This document shows positions 26,332 to 36,136 of a DNA stretch of 64,000 nt, piece by piece. The translations under genes were made by a program, and so were the position numbers. How positions within the stretch are numbered: position 1 is the stretch's first letter; each line of letters begins with the position of its first letter. The notes beneath the pieces were generated by a model. It had not been told where the DNA came from. It worked only from the letters and a program-made list of their open reading frames with translations, and did no database searches. The DNA comes from an uncultured Bacilli bacterium (GTDB lineage: Bacteria; Bacillota_I; Bacilli_A; RF39; UBA660). The DNA is taken from NCBI GenBank assembly GCA_934167825.1, contig CAKPLY010000001.1, positions 70,850 to 134,849 on the forward strand. The letters are read 5' to 3'.

Positions 26332-26612
26332 CAAGTTTTATTTTAACAAATAATAAAAAATAAAATTTTTAAAGTTGTTAAATGATTAAAATATAAAAAT
26401 AAAAATGTTATTATTAAAAAGATTAAATAATATTAAGGATATATAATCCTGAATAATAACTAATAATAACGTATAATTAATTGTCTTTTATTTTTAAATA
26501 TCTCATTTCGTATAATTAATATTATGTTAAGTTCTATACAAAAAGAGAAAAGAAGGATAGTATAAGATATATAATTTTGGTCATACTATTATTAGAAAAC
26601 AAGGAGGAAAAT

Positions 26613-26777
26613 ATGAAGAAACAAACGATTAAATGTAATGTAGAGAACTGTAAGTTTAATGATAAAGATAAATGTCTTTGTTGCTTAGATGAAATTAATG
26701 TTACATGCCAATGCGGTCAAGATGAATGTTCGTGTAAAAAAGATACAAATTGTGCAAGTTATGAAGAAAGAAAGTAA
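26613..26777 (+). CDS. small Cys-rich protein, DUF1540-like
   Basis: IKCNVENCKFNDKDKC...INVTCQCG..CSCKKDTNC. AAGGAGG SD before ATG 26613. Confidence 0.55.
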   Translation: MKKQTIKCNVENCKFNDKDKCLCCLDEINVTCQCGQDECSCKKDTNCASYEERK

Positions 26778-26782
26778 AGTAA

Positions 26783-28159
26783 CTATCTACTCTCTTTCTT
26801 TTTTATTATTTTTTCTAGTAAGTTATTGAATTCATCGCTTATTTCTTTTAATCTTGTTTTAGTTTTTGCTTCATATCTCATTGTGATGTTTGGACCGGTG
26901 TTCGATGCTCTAACTAATGCACTTCCATCTTCAAACTTAGCTTTTACGCCATCTATTGTAAGAATGTTGTATCCCCTACTCTTGCAATACTCTTCTATTT
27001 CGCTTACTACATCGAATTTTATTTCGTCATCTACTTGAACTTTTAATTCTTTTGTTGAATAGTATTTATTGATGCCATTTAGTAATTCACTTAAATTTTC
27101 TTTTGTGTGTGATAATCTTTCTATTAGTCTAATTCCTGCATATATTCCATCATCATATCCTGGGAATTTATCTCTATAATATATGTGTCCAGATAGTTCG
27201 CCTCCTAAAGGATAGTTGTTGTCATTACTTATTTTTCTAGTGTATGAGTTACCAGTTCTTGTTTCTACTGGTTTTACACCTAGTTTAAGTAGTTCATCAT
27301 ATAATGCTTTACTACATTTTACATCAAAGAATCCTTCTTTTTTTTCTACTTTGTCAACTAGATATCTCCACATGATTATTAGGTATTTATCTATGTCAAT
27401 CATGTTTCCTTTTTCATCTACTACTCCAACTCTATCGCCATCTCCATCAAATGCTATACCTAAGTCTGCTTTGTTTTTTAGTACTGTTTTCTTTAGATCT
27501 TCTAAGTTTTTTTCTACTGAAGGGTCTGGGTGATGATTAGGAAAGTTTCCGTCACTTATGTTGTATAGTGGTATCTTATTTATATTTAATTTATCAAATA
27601 TTGTATCTGCTATTATGCTTGTTGTACCATTACCACAATCATATACTACTTTTACTTTTCTTTTTCCAAAATTTAATTTTTCTATTATTAATTTGATGTA
27701 ATCTTCGGTAATATTCTTATTTATTATTTTTCCTTTGCCATCTACAAAGTTATTCTTTTCTATTATTTCATATAGTTTTCTTACTTCGTCTCCAAAAGCA
27801 TTATGTATGCCATTATATGAGAACTTAAAACCATTGTATTCTTTAGGATTATGACTTGCTGTAATCATCATGCTACAGTTTACATCATAGAAGTTTGCTG
27901 CAAAATAACACATTGGAGTAGTTACTAATCCTAATCTATATACAGTTATACCACTCTCTACTAGTCCTTTAAGTAAGTTTTCTTCAATTACTGGTGAACT
28001 TAGCCTGTTATCGTATCCTAGAACTGTTTTACTTAATCCAAAATCTTTCATTCTTGAAGCAAATGCTCTTCCAATTAAGTATGATACTTCCTCGTTAATA
28101 TCTTCATTGTATATTCCTCTTATATCATATTCTCTAAACATTAATTTATTTACTTTCAT
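26783..28159 (-). CDS. phosphomannomutase/phosphoglucomutase
   Basis: FREYDIRG, ITASHNPKEYNGFK (phosphoserine loop), FDGDGDR and GGELSGH. Confidence 0.9.
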   Translation of the reverse strand: MKVNKLMFREYDIRGIYNEDINEEVSYLIGRAFASRMKDFGLSKTVLGYDNRLSSPVIEENLLKGLVESGITVYRLGLVTTPMCYFAANFYDVNCSMMITASHNPKEYNGFKFSYNGIHNAFGDEVRKLYEIIEKNNFVDGKGKIINKNITEDYIKLIIEKLNFGKRKVKVVYDCGNGTTSIIADTIFDKLNINKIPLYNISDGNFPNHHPDPSVEKNLEDLKKTVLKNKADLGIAFDGDGDRVGVVDEKGNMIDIDKYLIIMWRYLVDKVEKKEGFFDVKCSKALYDELLKLGVKPVETRTGNSYTRKISNDNNYPLGGELSGHIYYRDKFPGYDDGIYAGIRLIERLSHTKENLSELLNGINKYYSTKELKVQVDDEIKFDVVSEIEEYCKSRGYNILTIDGVKAKFEDGSALVRASNTGPNITMRYEAKTKTRLKEISDEFNNLLEKIIKKKESR

Positions 28160-28395
28160 ATTATCTTCCTTCCTTTTTTATATTTCTTATTTTATTTATA
28201 TTTGTTACATTAGTATATATTTATATTTAATAATACTATATTTTATTTAGTTTTTTATCTTTGTTATTAATATCGATTATTTTATTCTCATTACAATCAT
28301 ATTTAAACCGAGTCTCAATTACATAAGTGATTATATATCTCAAATTAAATTTTAAAGACTATTTTTTTAAATTATATTCTATATTTTGTTTTGAC

Positions 28396-29316
28396 TTAAC
28401 TTCTTGGGTGGTATATATTATAGTTTTCCCTTAAAATTTCATTATTTACATGGGTATAGATATTTGTTGTAACTATATTTTCGTGTCCTAGCATTAACTG
28501 TATGCTTTTTAAATCTGCACCATTATTAAGCAAGTGTGTTGCGAATGAGTGTCTTAATGTATGTGGAGTAACATTTTTAGTTATTTTAGCACTTTCACAA
28601 ATGTTTTTTAATATATATGTAAAACCATGTCTAGTTATTTTTTTTCCATGATTATTTAGAAATAGATTGTCACAGATGTATCCTTTTTTTAGGACATCTC
28701 TATAGTTATCAAGATAGATAGAGAGATATTTTTTACTTACGCTTCCAAAAGGGACAATTCTTGTTTTGTTACCTTTTCCATTACATCTTATGTAGTTTTC
28801 TTCCATATTTAGATTGTCAAATGTCAAGTTTACTAATTCACTCACTCTTAGTCCTGTAGCATACATTAATTCTAGCATTGCTTTATTTCTATAGTCATAT
28901 GGGGTTTTAAGCTCTATATTTAATAATTGTTCTACTTCATAGATAGATAATACGTTTGGTAATTTCTTATAGAATTTTGGAGCATCTACTTCGCAAGACA
29001 CGTTATGTATACTATATTCTTTTTCTAAAAAGTGATGAAATTTTTTGATAGAACTTACTTTTCTTACTACTGAATATACACTGTAACCATTGCTATCTAA
29101 ATCTTTTAAGTATGAAATAATGTCTTCTTTAGTGATACTAGATAAGTCGTATATTTTGTTTGATTCTAAAAACTTTATGTACTTATATATATCATAAATG
29201 TATGATGTGCAGGTTGTGTTTTCTTCCAAGTATTCGTTTTTTAGTATCATATATTTGAAGTTACTTAATATTTTTTTGTTTTCGTTACTTATTTTTAATT
29301 TTTCTATATCAATCAT
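28396..29316 (-). CDS. xerD: tyrosine recombinase XerD-type
   Basis: LELMYATGLRVSELV, GKGNKTRIVPFG, HTLRHSFATHLLNNGADLKSIQLMLGHENIVTTNIYTHV. Confidence 0.8.
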   Translation of the reverse strand: MIDIEKLKISNENKKILSNFKYMILKNEYLEENTTCTSYIYDIYKYIKFLESNKIYDLSSITKEDIISYLKDLDSNGYSVYSVVRKVSSIKKFHHFLEKEYSIHNVSCEVDAPKFYKKLPNVLSIYEVEQLLNIELKTPYDYRNKAMLELMYATGLRVSELVNLTFDNLNMEENYIRCNGKGNKTRIVPFGSVSKKYLSIYLDNYRDVLKKGYICDNLFLNNHGKKITRHGFTYILKNICESAKITKNVTPHTLRHSFATHLLNNGADLKSIQLMLGHENIVTTNIYTHVNNEILRENYNIYHPRS

Positions 29317-29482
29317 ATTATCACTAAATTAATTATAGCAAAATACTGATTATTTTTCTACTTATTTGACATTATTTAGACATTATTTTTAGTATATGTA
29401 AACATCAAAAACTTAGGGTATAATATAAAGAATTAATTTACTATTAGTTGATTTTATAGTACAATATAAATATGGTGATGTT

Positions 29483-30688
29483 ATGGAAGAGTTATTAGCA
29501 ATAAAATTAAGGCCAAATAATATAAGTGAAGTTGTTGGACAAAAGCATCTTCTTGGAAAGAATAAGATTTTATATAATTTGGTTAAGAACAAGAAAATAT
29601 TTTCTATGATATTATATGGTAGTCCTGGAATTGGAAAGACTAGTATTGCTCTTGCGATGGTTAAGGAGTTAGGACTAAGATATAGAATGCTTAATGCTGT
29701 AATTAATAATAAGAAGGATTTTGATGTTGTTATTGAGGAAGCAAAGATGTATAATGGTATGGTTGTTTTAGTTGATGAAATACATAGGATGAATAAGGAT
29801 AAACAAGATTTATTGTTACCTTATTTGGAGAGTGGTATTATTATTCTTATTGGTATGACTACTTCAAATCCATATCATTCAATTAATCCTGCAATAAGAA
29901 GTAGATGCCAGTTATTTGAGTTATTACCTTTAATGGAAGAAGACATTAAAGATGCAATTAAGAGTGCGGTAGAAAGAAATGTTTTAAAGGATATTAAGAT
30001 TGATGATGAAGCAATTGACTATATATCTAAAGTAAGTGGTAAGGATTTAAGAAGTGCATATAATTTACTTGAAGTTTCTTATTATAGTACTAGTGATGGT
30101 GTTATTAATTTAGATATACTAAAGAATATTAATGGTAAGGCAAAAATGTTTTTTGATAAGAATGAAGATGGGTATTATGATGTTATTAGTGCGTTTCAAA
30201 AATCTATTCGTGGAAGTGATGTTAATGCTAGTTTACACTATCTAGCTAGACTTGTTGAGGCAGATGATTTAGATATTATTTTAAGAAGGCTTGCGGTTAT
30301 AGTTTATGAAGATATTGGGCTTGCTAATCCTGTGATGGGTCCTAAGGTTATGGCTGCAATTGAATCTGCTAAGATGCTTGGGTTACCTGAAGCTAGGATA
30401 CCTTTAGCAGAGGTTGTTATTGAGCTTGCGCTTTCTCCAAAAAGTAATTCTGCGGAGATGGCAATTGATTTAGCACTTAATGAACTTAGGAGTAAGAATG
30501 TTGGTAATGTTCCAAAGCATTTACATAATGGTAATCCTGCTTATTTGTATCCACATAGTTATAAAAATGATTATGTTCGTCAACAATATTTGCCTGATAA
30601 TATAAAGGATAGTGTTTATTATCATCCAAAAAGTAATAAGAATGAGGCTATACTTAAGGATATTATGGAGAAGTTAAGTAAGTTGTAA
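29483..30688 (+). CDS. rarA: replication-associated recombination protein A (RarA/MgsA)
   Basis: LRPNNISEVVGQKHLLG, GSPGIGKTS, VDEIHRMNK, SIRGSDVNASLHYLARL. Confidence 0.92.
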   Translation: MEELLAIKLRPNNISEVVGQKHLLGKNKILYNLVKNKKIFSMILYGSPGIGKTSIALAMVKELGLRYRMLNAVINNKKDFDVVIEEAKMYNGMVVLVDEIHRMNKDKQDLLLPYLESGIIILIGMTTSNPYHSINPAIRSRCQLFELLPLMEEDIKDAIKSAVERNVLKDIKIDDEAIDYISKVSGKDLRSAYNLLEVSYYSTSDGVINLDILKNINGKAKMFFDKNEDGYYDVISAFQKSIRGSDVNASLHYLARLVEADDLDIILRRLAVIVYEDIGLANPVMGPKVMAAIESAKMLGLPEARIPLAEVVIELALSPKSNSAEMAIDLALNELRSKNVGNVPKHLHNGNPAYLYPHSYKNDYVRQQYLPDNIKDSVYYHPKSNKNEAILKDIMEKLSKL

Positions 30689-30879
30689 ATGAGAATTATT
30701 AAATATCGTGTATAGTATAATATAATTTTATATAATGCAATAATGTATGTGTAAGGGTAATAATAAAAAAGTATTATGATGAAAAATACAATATAGTTTT
30801 AACACAAATTATTATGTGATTCTTATGTGAGACTATTATTATATTTTAAATATGAAAAAAATAAGTAAATTAGATTTTG

Positions 30880-31575
30880 TTACTTATTTTTTATTATGTC
30901 ATTTATTACGTAGCTGGCACAAAGTAATCCTGAAATTGGTGGGACAAAAGATATTGAACTAATTGTTCCTTCAACTTTTTTTGGACTTTCTGTTGAGGAT
31001 ACTACCATTACTTTACCTTTTATTTTGTTATCTATTACAAATTTTCTTATTTTTTTTGCAAGTGGGTCGTAACTTGTTTTTCTAATATCTGTAATTTTTA
31101 ATAGTTCTGGGTTTAGTTTATTTCCTGTTCCCATTGAACTTATTAGTTTTATATTTCTTTTTTTGCATTCTATAATTAGTTTTTGTTTTACTTTTAACGT
31201 GTCACATGCATCAATTATATAAGTTGGATTAAAGTTAAATATTTCATTAAGGTTTTCTTCATCAAGTTTTTTGCATAGTGTTATGACGTTACAATTAGGG
31301 TTTATACTGTTTATTCTTTCTTTTACTACATCTACTTTGTTTTTACCAATGTTATTTTGTGTTGCAATTATTTGTCTATTTAGATTAGTAATGTCTATTG
31401 TATCATAGTCTATTATCATTATATTTGTGATACTTGCGCGTACTAGTGCTTCGATGGCATAACCACCTACTCCACCTGCACCTACTACTATTACTTTTTC
31501 TTTATTTATTTTTTCTAAGTTATTTATTCCAATAAGTTTTATTTCTCTTTCAAACATATAATCACGTATAATCAA
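30880..31575 (-). CDS. tcdA: tRNA threonylcarbamoyladenosine dehydratase (ThiF family, TcdA/YrvM-like)
   Basis: VIVVGAGGVGGYAIEAL...DYDTIDITNLNRQ. Downstream of aspS, as in Bacillus. Confidence 0.8.
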   Translation of the reverse strand: MIIRDYMFEREIKLIGINNLEKINKEKVIVVGAGGVGGYAIEALVRASITNIMIIDYDTIDITNLNRQIIATQNNIGKNKVDVVKERINSINPNCNVITLCKKLDEENLNEIFNFNPTYIIDACDTLKVKQKLIIECKKRNIKLISSMGTGNKLNPELLKITDIRKTSYDPLAKKIRKFVIDNKIKGKVMVVSSTESPKKVEGTISSISFVPPISGLLCASYVINDIIKNK

Positions 31576-32013
31576 TCTTTGTTTTAGTTAACTTTTTTTA
31601 TTTAGCTTTTTTAATTAATTTTGTTTAATTGATTTTCCTTTCTTTGTAATATTAGTGTATCACATATGGGAGTAATTGTAAAATGGTATTTGATAGATTT
31701 TATGTGATTTTTTTATTTGAAATTTTTTATATAATAGGAATATGAAGATAGTTTGATACTATTTTATTACATGATAAAAAATGAAACAATAAAGTTAAAT
31801 TTTATAATATATTATAGGTTTAATAATATATTTAATTATTTATTTCTAGAAGCATAAAATGAAAACTATAAATTTTTTTAAGATCTATAGTTTGTTTATA
31901 TTTCATTATATTGTTATTACTTTATTTTACTCTTTACCTAACTTATTATTTTTAGTTGCTATTTTACTAATATTGTTAGTTTTAAGCAAATTATATATTT
32001 AATTAAAATATAT

Positions 32014-33750
32014 TTAATCTCTTATTTTTATATGTGTTTCTTGTAGTTGTTTTTCAAATACTTCGTTAGGACATCCCATCATTGCATCTGCACCATTTGC
32101 TCCAAGTGGGAAGGCAACCATTTCTCTTATGTTTTCTTCGTCTTTCAAAAGCATAAGTATTCTATCTATTCCAGGAGCCATTCCTGCATGTGGTGGGGCA
32201 CCATAATTGAAGGCTGTATATAGTGATGGGAATTTTGATTTAACTACTTCTTCATCATAGCCTACTATTTCGAAAGCACGTTTTAATATTTCTGGACTAT
32301 GATTTCTAACACCACCACTTGCCATTTCGTAACCGTTACATACAAAGTCATATTGATATGCTTTAATACTAAATGGTTCCATATTGTTTAGTGCATCCAT
32401 TCCTCCTTGAGGCATACTAAATGGATTGTGGGCAAACTCTATTTCACCATTATCTCCTTCTTCATAGAATGGGAAATCATTTATTATACAAAATTCATAT
32501 TTGTTTTTGTCTATTAAGTCTAGTTCATTACCTAGTTTAATTCTAAAGTTTCCGGCATATTTTGCACATTTTTTCTTATCTGCGATTATGAATACTACGT
32601 TACCATTAGTTAGATTTAGTTTTTCAATTAGTGACTTTCTTTCTTCATTGCTTAGGAATTTGTCTATTGTACTTTTGAATGTTAGATCTTCATTTACTTT
32701 GATATAGGCAAGTCCTACTGCACCAAGAGATTTTACATATTCTTCCATTGATTTATACCACGAATTAGATTTTTCTATTTTATCTACTTTAATTGCACGT
32801 ACTGTTGTGTCTTTGAATGCCATGAAGTTTGTATCTTTAAAAATATCAGTAAGATCTGTTATGATTAGTGGATTTCTTAAGTCTGGTTTATCTGATCCGT
32901 ACATTAACATTGCGTCATTATAGGCAATTCTTCTAAAAGGGCGTGGTGATATTTCTTTGTTACCAAATTTTTCAAATGTAGAATAGAATACTTCCTCCCC
33001 TACTTTGTATACGTCTTCTGCAGTGGCAAAACTCATTTCAAAGTCAAGTTGGTAGAATTCTCCATATAGCCTATCACTTCTTGGGTCTTCATCTCTAAAG
33101 CATGGTGCTATTTGAAAATATCTATCAAATCCTCCAACCATAAGCAATTGTTTAAAAATTTGAGGTGCTTGAGGTAGTGCGTAGAATTTTCCTTTAAATT
33201 TTCTTGATGGTATTATAAAGTCTCTTGCTCCTTCGGGGCTTGATGCAGTTATAATTGGAGTTTGTACTTCTAGGAAATTCATAGATTTCATTGTATTTCT
33301 TATGTGGTCAATTACTTTGCTTCTAAAAACAATATTATCATGTACACTAGGATTTCTTAAGTCTAAGTATCTGTATTTAAGTCTTGTGTCTTCGAACGAT
33401 TCTTTAGATTTGTTTATTTCAAATGGTAGTACGTTTGTGCATGCTCCAAGAACTTCGATAGTGTTTATTTCAACTTCTATTTCTCCGGTTTTCATATTTT
33501 GATTAACCATATCAGGTGTTCTTGCTTTAACTATACCTGTTACGGTAACTGTTGATTCTTTATTTATGTTTTCTTTTATTGTACTATCATTACTGATTAG
33601 TTGCACTATTCCTGTTTCGTCTCTTAATACTATAAATACTAAACTTCCTAAGTTTCTTATTGAACTTACCCATCCTGCAAGTCTTATTTCTTTTCCTACG
33701 TATTCTTTTGTAACTTCACCACAGTAAACATTTCTGTAAATATTATTCAT
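32014..33750 (-). CDS. aspS: aspartate--tRNA ligase
   Basis: Class II motifs FRDEDPRSDR, GGVRNH and GAPPHAGMAPGIDR. The second ATG (33750) is preferred because GGAAGGA abuts the first. Confidence 0.95.
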   Translation of the reverse strand: MNNIYRNVYCGEVTKEYVGKEIRLAGWVSSIRNLGSLVFIVLRDETGIVQLISNDSTIKENINKESTVTVTGIVKARTPDMVNQNMKTGEIEVEINTIEVLGACTNVLPFEINKSKESFEDTRLKYRYLDLRNPSVHDNIVFRSKVIDHIRNTMKSMNFLEVQTPIITASSPEGARDFIIPSRKFKGKFYALPQAPQIFKQLLMVGGFDRYFQIAPCFRDEDPRSDRLYGEFYQLDFEMSFATAEDVYKVGEEVFYSTFEKFGNKEISPRPFRRIAYNDAMLMYGSDKPDLRNPLIITDLTDIFKDTNFMAFKDTTVRAIKVDKIEKSNSWYKSMEEYVKSLGAVGLAYIKVNEDLTFKSTIDKFLSNEERKSLIEKLNLTNGNVVFIIADKKKCAKYAGNFRIKLGNELDLIDKNKYEFCIINDFPFYEEGDNGEIEFAHNPFSMPQGGMDALNNMEPFSIKAYQYDFVCNGYEMASGGVRNHSPEILKRAFEIVGYDEEVVKSKFPSLYTAFNYGAPPHAGMAPGIDRILMLLKDEENIREMVAFPLGANGADAMMGCPNEVFEKQLQETHIKIRD

Positions 33751-33770
33751 TATTATCATTCCTTCCTTAA

Positions 33771-33995
33771 AAATAAAAATCTATAAAATGTAAGGGCGAA
33801 TATTAGTTTCGCGGTGCCACCTTACTTTATAGATTTGACTATTTCTTAATTACTTTTTAACGCTAGTTTGAGCGATTATTTATATATTTTGATGTCTTCG
33901 TTATAAGTTAATTACTAATTTCCACCAACCATTAGTTCTCTTTAAAGTATTCTTATAAGTACTCTTTCAAATAAATAATATGTTTTTTTCGTTAC
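33771..33995 (-). promoter_or_regulatory. T-box leader (Asp specifier) of aspS
   Basis: On the minus strand: promoter TTGATT-17-TGgTATAAT (34030-34002), AGAGA/GA motif, specifier-loop GAA-GAC-A (GAC at 33896-33894), T-box AAGGTGGCACCGCGAAA, then a terminator GTAAGG...CCTTAC extended by CTATAAA/TTTATAG plus a T-run. Confidence 0.8.
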
Positions 33996-34060
33996 TACTT
34001 GATTATACCACTTAAATATTTATTAATCAAGTTGTTTTTAATCATTAACCAATTTTTTTA

Positions 34061-34954
34061 TTACTTTTTAAATACTTTTGTTAATGTTTTTGTATTTAAT
34101 TCTTTCTTTACTTTGTTTTCAATCCTTTGTAATTCTGCATTGTTTAGTTCTTCGCATTTTGATTTAATTTTCTTTAATGAATCAATTAATTCAATTCTTT
34201 TCGAATCTAACTCTACTTTGCTGTTGCTTTTTGCAATAACTTTTGGTGCTTCTGTTTCTAGGTTGTTCATAATATCTCCAAAAATTGTAATTTCATCTCT
34301 TGCTTTTAATTTGCTGTTTGATGAATTTATTTTTGAAGAATCAACAATTAATTTTCTACATAATAAATTGGTATTTAATAAGTTGATACTATTTATTTTA
34401 TCATCTTTTGCATAAATAGTTATTTTCTTAGGTATAACATATGTGCTTTTTCTTGTAGAAACATTGTCTAGAGATAAATTATTTGCTGCGCAGAAAGAAT
34501 ATTCTTCACAAAATTCACTTAACATTGTAGACTTGATTGATATGTTGTATGCATTTATATTAGTATGTAATGTTTGACTAAAATCACAATTTATAATATT
34601 ACAATTACTGCATCCTACAATGTGTGTATGATAACCTTTGAACTTACAATTTTTAAATGTTATTTTTACACCATCAATGGTATTACTATAAACATCTATC
34701 GAGTTACAAATTTTTAGTCCATCAAATATATAATGGATTGTTTTATTAATGTTATATTCTTTTGCAATACTTTTGTTTTTTCCATAATTGCTAGGGTATA
34801 AGAATAAATATTCCCATTTTTTTGGTAAATTCGTTTGTTTTACATAGCATATTATCTCGTTTTCAGTTTCAACAACTTTGCCTAAATTACCAGTTATTTT
34901 ATTTAATGCTAGTCTTTTTTTTAAGTCGTTTTCTAAACTTTTTAAATCTTTCAT
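34061..34954 (-). CDS. hypothetical protein (Asn/Cys-rich repeat-like core, coiled-coil C-terminus)
   Basis: 297-aa ORF with its own consensus promoter TTGACA-17-TATAAT (35018-34990) and a GGGAG SD. No family recognised. Confidence 0.5.
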   Translation of the reverse strand: MKDLKSLENDLKKRLALNKITGNLGKVVETENEIICYVKQTNLPKKWEYLFLYPSNYGKNKSIAKEYNINKTIHYIFDGLKICNSIDVYSNTIDGVKITFKNCKFKGYHTHIVGCSNCNIINCDFSQTLHTNINAYNISIKSTMLSEFCEEYSFCAANNLSLDNVSTRKSTYVIPKKITIYAKDDKINSINLLNTNLLCRKLIVDSSKINSSNSKLKARDEITIFGDIMNNLETEAPKVIAKSNSKVELDSKRIELIDSLKKIKSKCEELNNAELQRIENKVKKELNTKTLTKVFKK

Positions 34955-35045
34955 AAATATTTTCTCCCTTTCGAAAAATATTGCTTTGTATTATAACACT
35001 TTTGTTATTTGCTGTCAATAAACTTTATAATCAATTTATGAATAA

Positions 35046-35227
35046 AAAAAGTCCCAAAGGATCGACTCTGTGAAGATAAAACCCGCGCGCATTTCACACG
35101 GTGGTAGAACACCACAAGCTAATTAGGATTCTTAAAAATTATTTAAGCATTCAACACATAACAAGTTTTAGTTCCCCTATAAATATCTTTAGTCGGTTTT
35201 ATACTAAAGATATCGAGTCCCTCAGGT
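35046..35227 (-). ncRNA. candidate stand-alone structured small RNA of ~180 nt, class unknown
   Basis: Minus-strand promoter TTGAAA (35263-35258), 18-nt spacer, TATAAT (35239-35234). Four local hairpins: GATATCTTTAGT/ACTAAAGATAT, CTTAAA/TTTAAG, GTGGT/ACCAC and TGTGAA/TTCACA with a GC-rich loop GCGCGCGGG. Ends in GGGAC-T7. The downstream gene has its own promoter. Confidence 0.4.
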
Positions 35228-35312
35228 ATCTTAATTATATCATAGATCAAATTATATTTTCAATAGTTTTAACTATAAGTTAACAACAAATTTTATATCT
35301 GTAAAATTATTG

Positions 35313-36095
35313 CTAGTTTTTCTCTTTGTTTTCAATGGTTTTTGTAGTATTTGGATTTACATTAAACATTGAGTTAAATATATTTATGTCGGCGTTAGAG
35401 TTATCTTCAAGTAAATCATTAATTAGTTTTTTTACTTCTTTTCTTTTACCTAGATTCTTTTTTGTAACACTGCATGCACAATCAATAAATTCTAATTCAC
35501 TATTTTTAACCCATGATATAATATCTTTTTCTTTTACATAATATAAAGGTCTTATTAGTTTCATACCACTAAAATTATCACTATCTAGTATTGGCATCAT
35601 TCCACCAAAGGTACCATTATATAATATATTTAGAAGTATTGTTTCTATTACGTCGTTAAAGTGATGTCCAAGTGCTATTTTGTTACATCCTAGTTCTTGT
35701 GCCTTACTATATAATGCTCCTCTTCGCATTCTTGCACATAAGTAGCAAGGACTTTTACCATTACTTTCATTTGATACTGCAAAAATATTTGTTTCAAATA
35801 TAGTTATTGGTATATTTAGATAACTTGCATTATATTTAATTTTATCTAAATTTTCTTTGTTGTATCCTGGATTCATAACTAAACATTCTAAGTCAAATTT
35901 AACTTTGCTATGTCTTTTTAATTCCATCATACATTTTGCAAGCAAGAATGAGTCTTTGCCACCACTTATACATACTGCAATTTTATCATTTTCACAAATT
36001 AAATTAAAGTCTTTTACCGCTCTTACAAATCTTGAATATATTTCTTTTCTGTATTTTTTTATTATAGATTTTTCTATGTCTTTTAATTCTTTCAT
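35313..36095 (-). CDS. PP-loop ATPase of the TtcA/TtuA tRNA thiolation family
   Basis: VCISGGKDS PP-loop, SPCYLCARMRRGALY, ALGHHFNDVIET. ATG 36095 after AAGGTGG. Confidence 0.75.
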   Translation of the reverse strand: MKELKDIEKSIIKKYRKEIYSRFVRAVKDFNLICENDKIAVCISGGKDSFLLAKCMMELKRHSKVKFDLECLVMNPGYNKENLDKIKYNASYLNIPITIFETNIFAVSNESNGKSPCYLCARMRRGALYSKAQELGCNKIALGHHFNDVIETILLNILYNGTFGGMMPILDSDNFSGMKLIRPLYYVKEKDIISWVKNSELEFIDCACSVTKKNLGKRKEVKKLINDLLEDNSNADINIFNSMFNVNPNTTKTIENKEKN

Positions 36096-36136
36096 AATTA
36101 CCACCTTAAAAATAGAAGATTTACACTTCTATTTTG

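Noticed and set aside
28203-28230. dif-like sequence TGTTACATTAGTATATATTTATATTTAA near xerD. One arm resembles the XerD half-site ...ATTATGTAAAC of Firmicutes dif.
   Set aside because: Only one arm resembles the consensus and the other arm is just AT-rich DNA. In a sequence this AT-rich, such a partial match is expected by chance.
35046-35227. Considered a T-box or other riboswitch, because AATTAG...GTGGTGTTCTACCACCG looks superficially like the T-box AAnnnGGGTGGTACCGCG. Also considered 6S, SRP, tmRNA and RNase P.
   Set aside because: The conserved T-box 14-mer is not present. The downstream gene has its own promoter after the T-run. The 5' and 3' ends do not form the long 6S-type helix. No SRP domain IV, tmRNA or P4 signatures were seen. 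Left as an unclassified sRNA candidate.
33999-35283. Plus-strand ORFs 33999..34415 (138 aa) and 35101..35283 (60 aa).
   Set aside because: The first is antisense to the better-supported 34061..34954 gene and overlaps the aspS promoter region. The second lies on the opposite strand of the structured-RNA candidate and has no SD.
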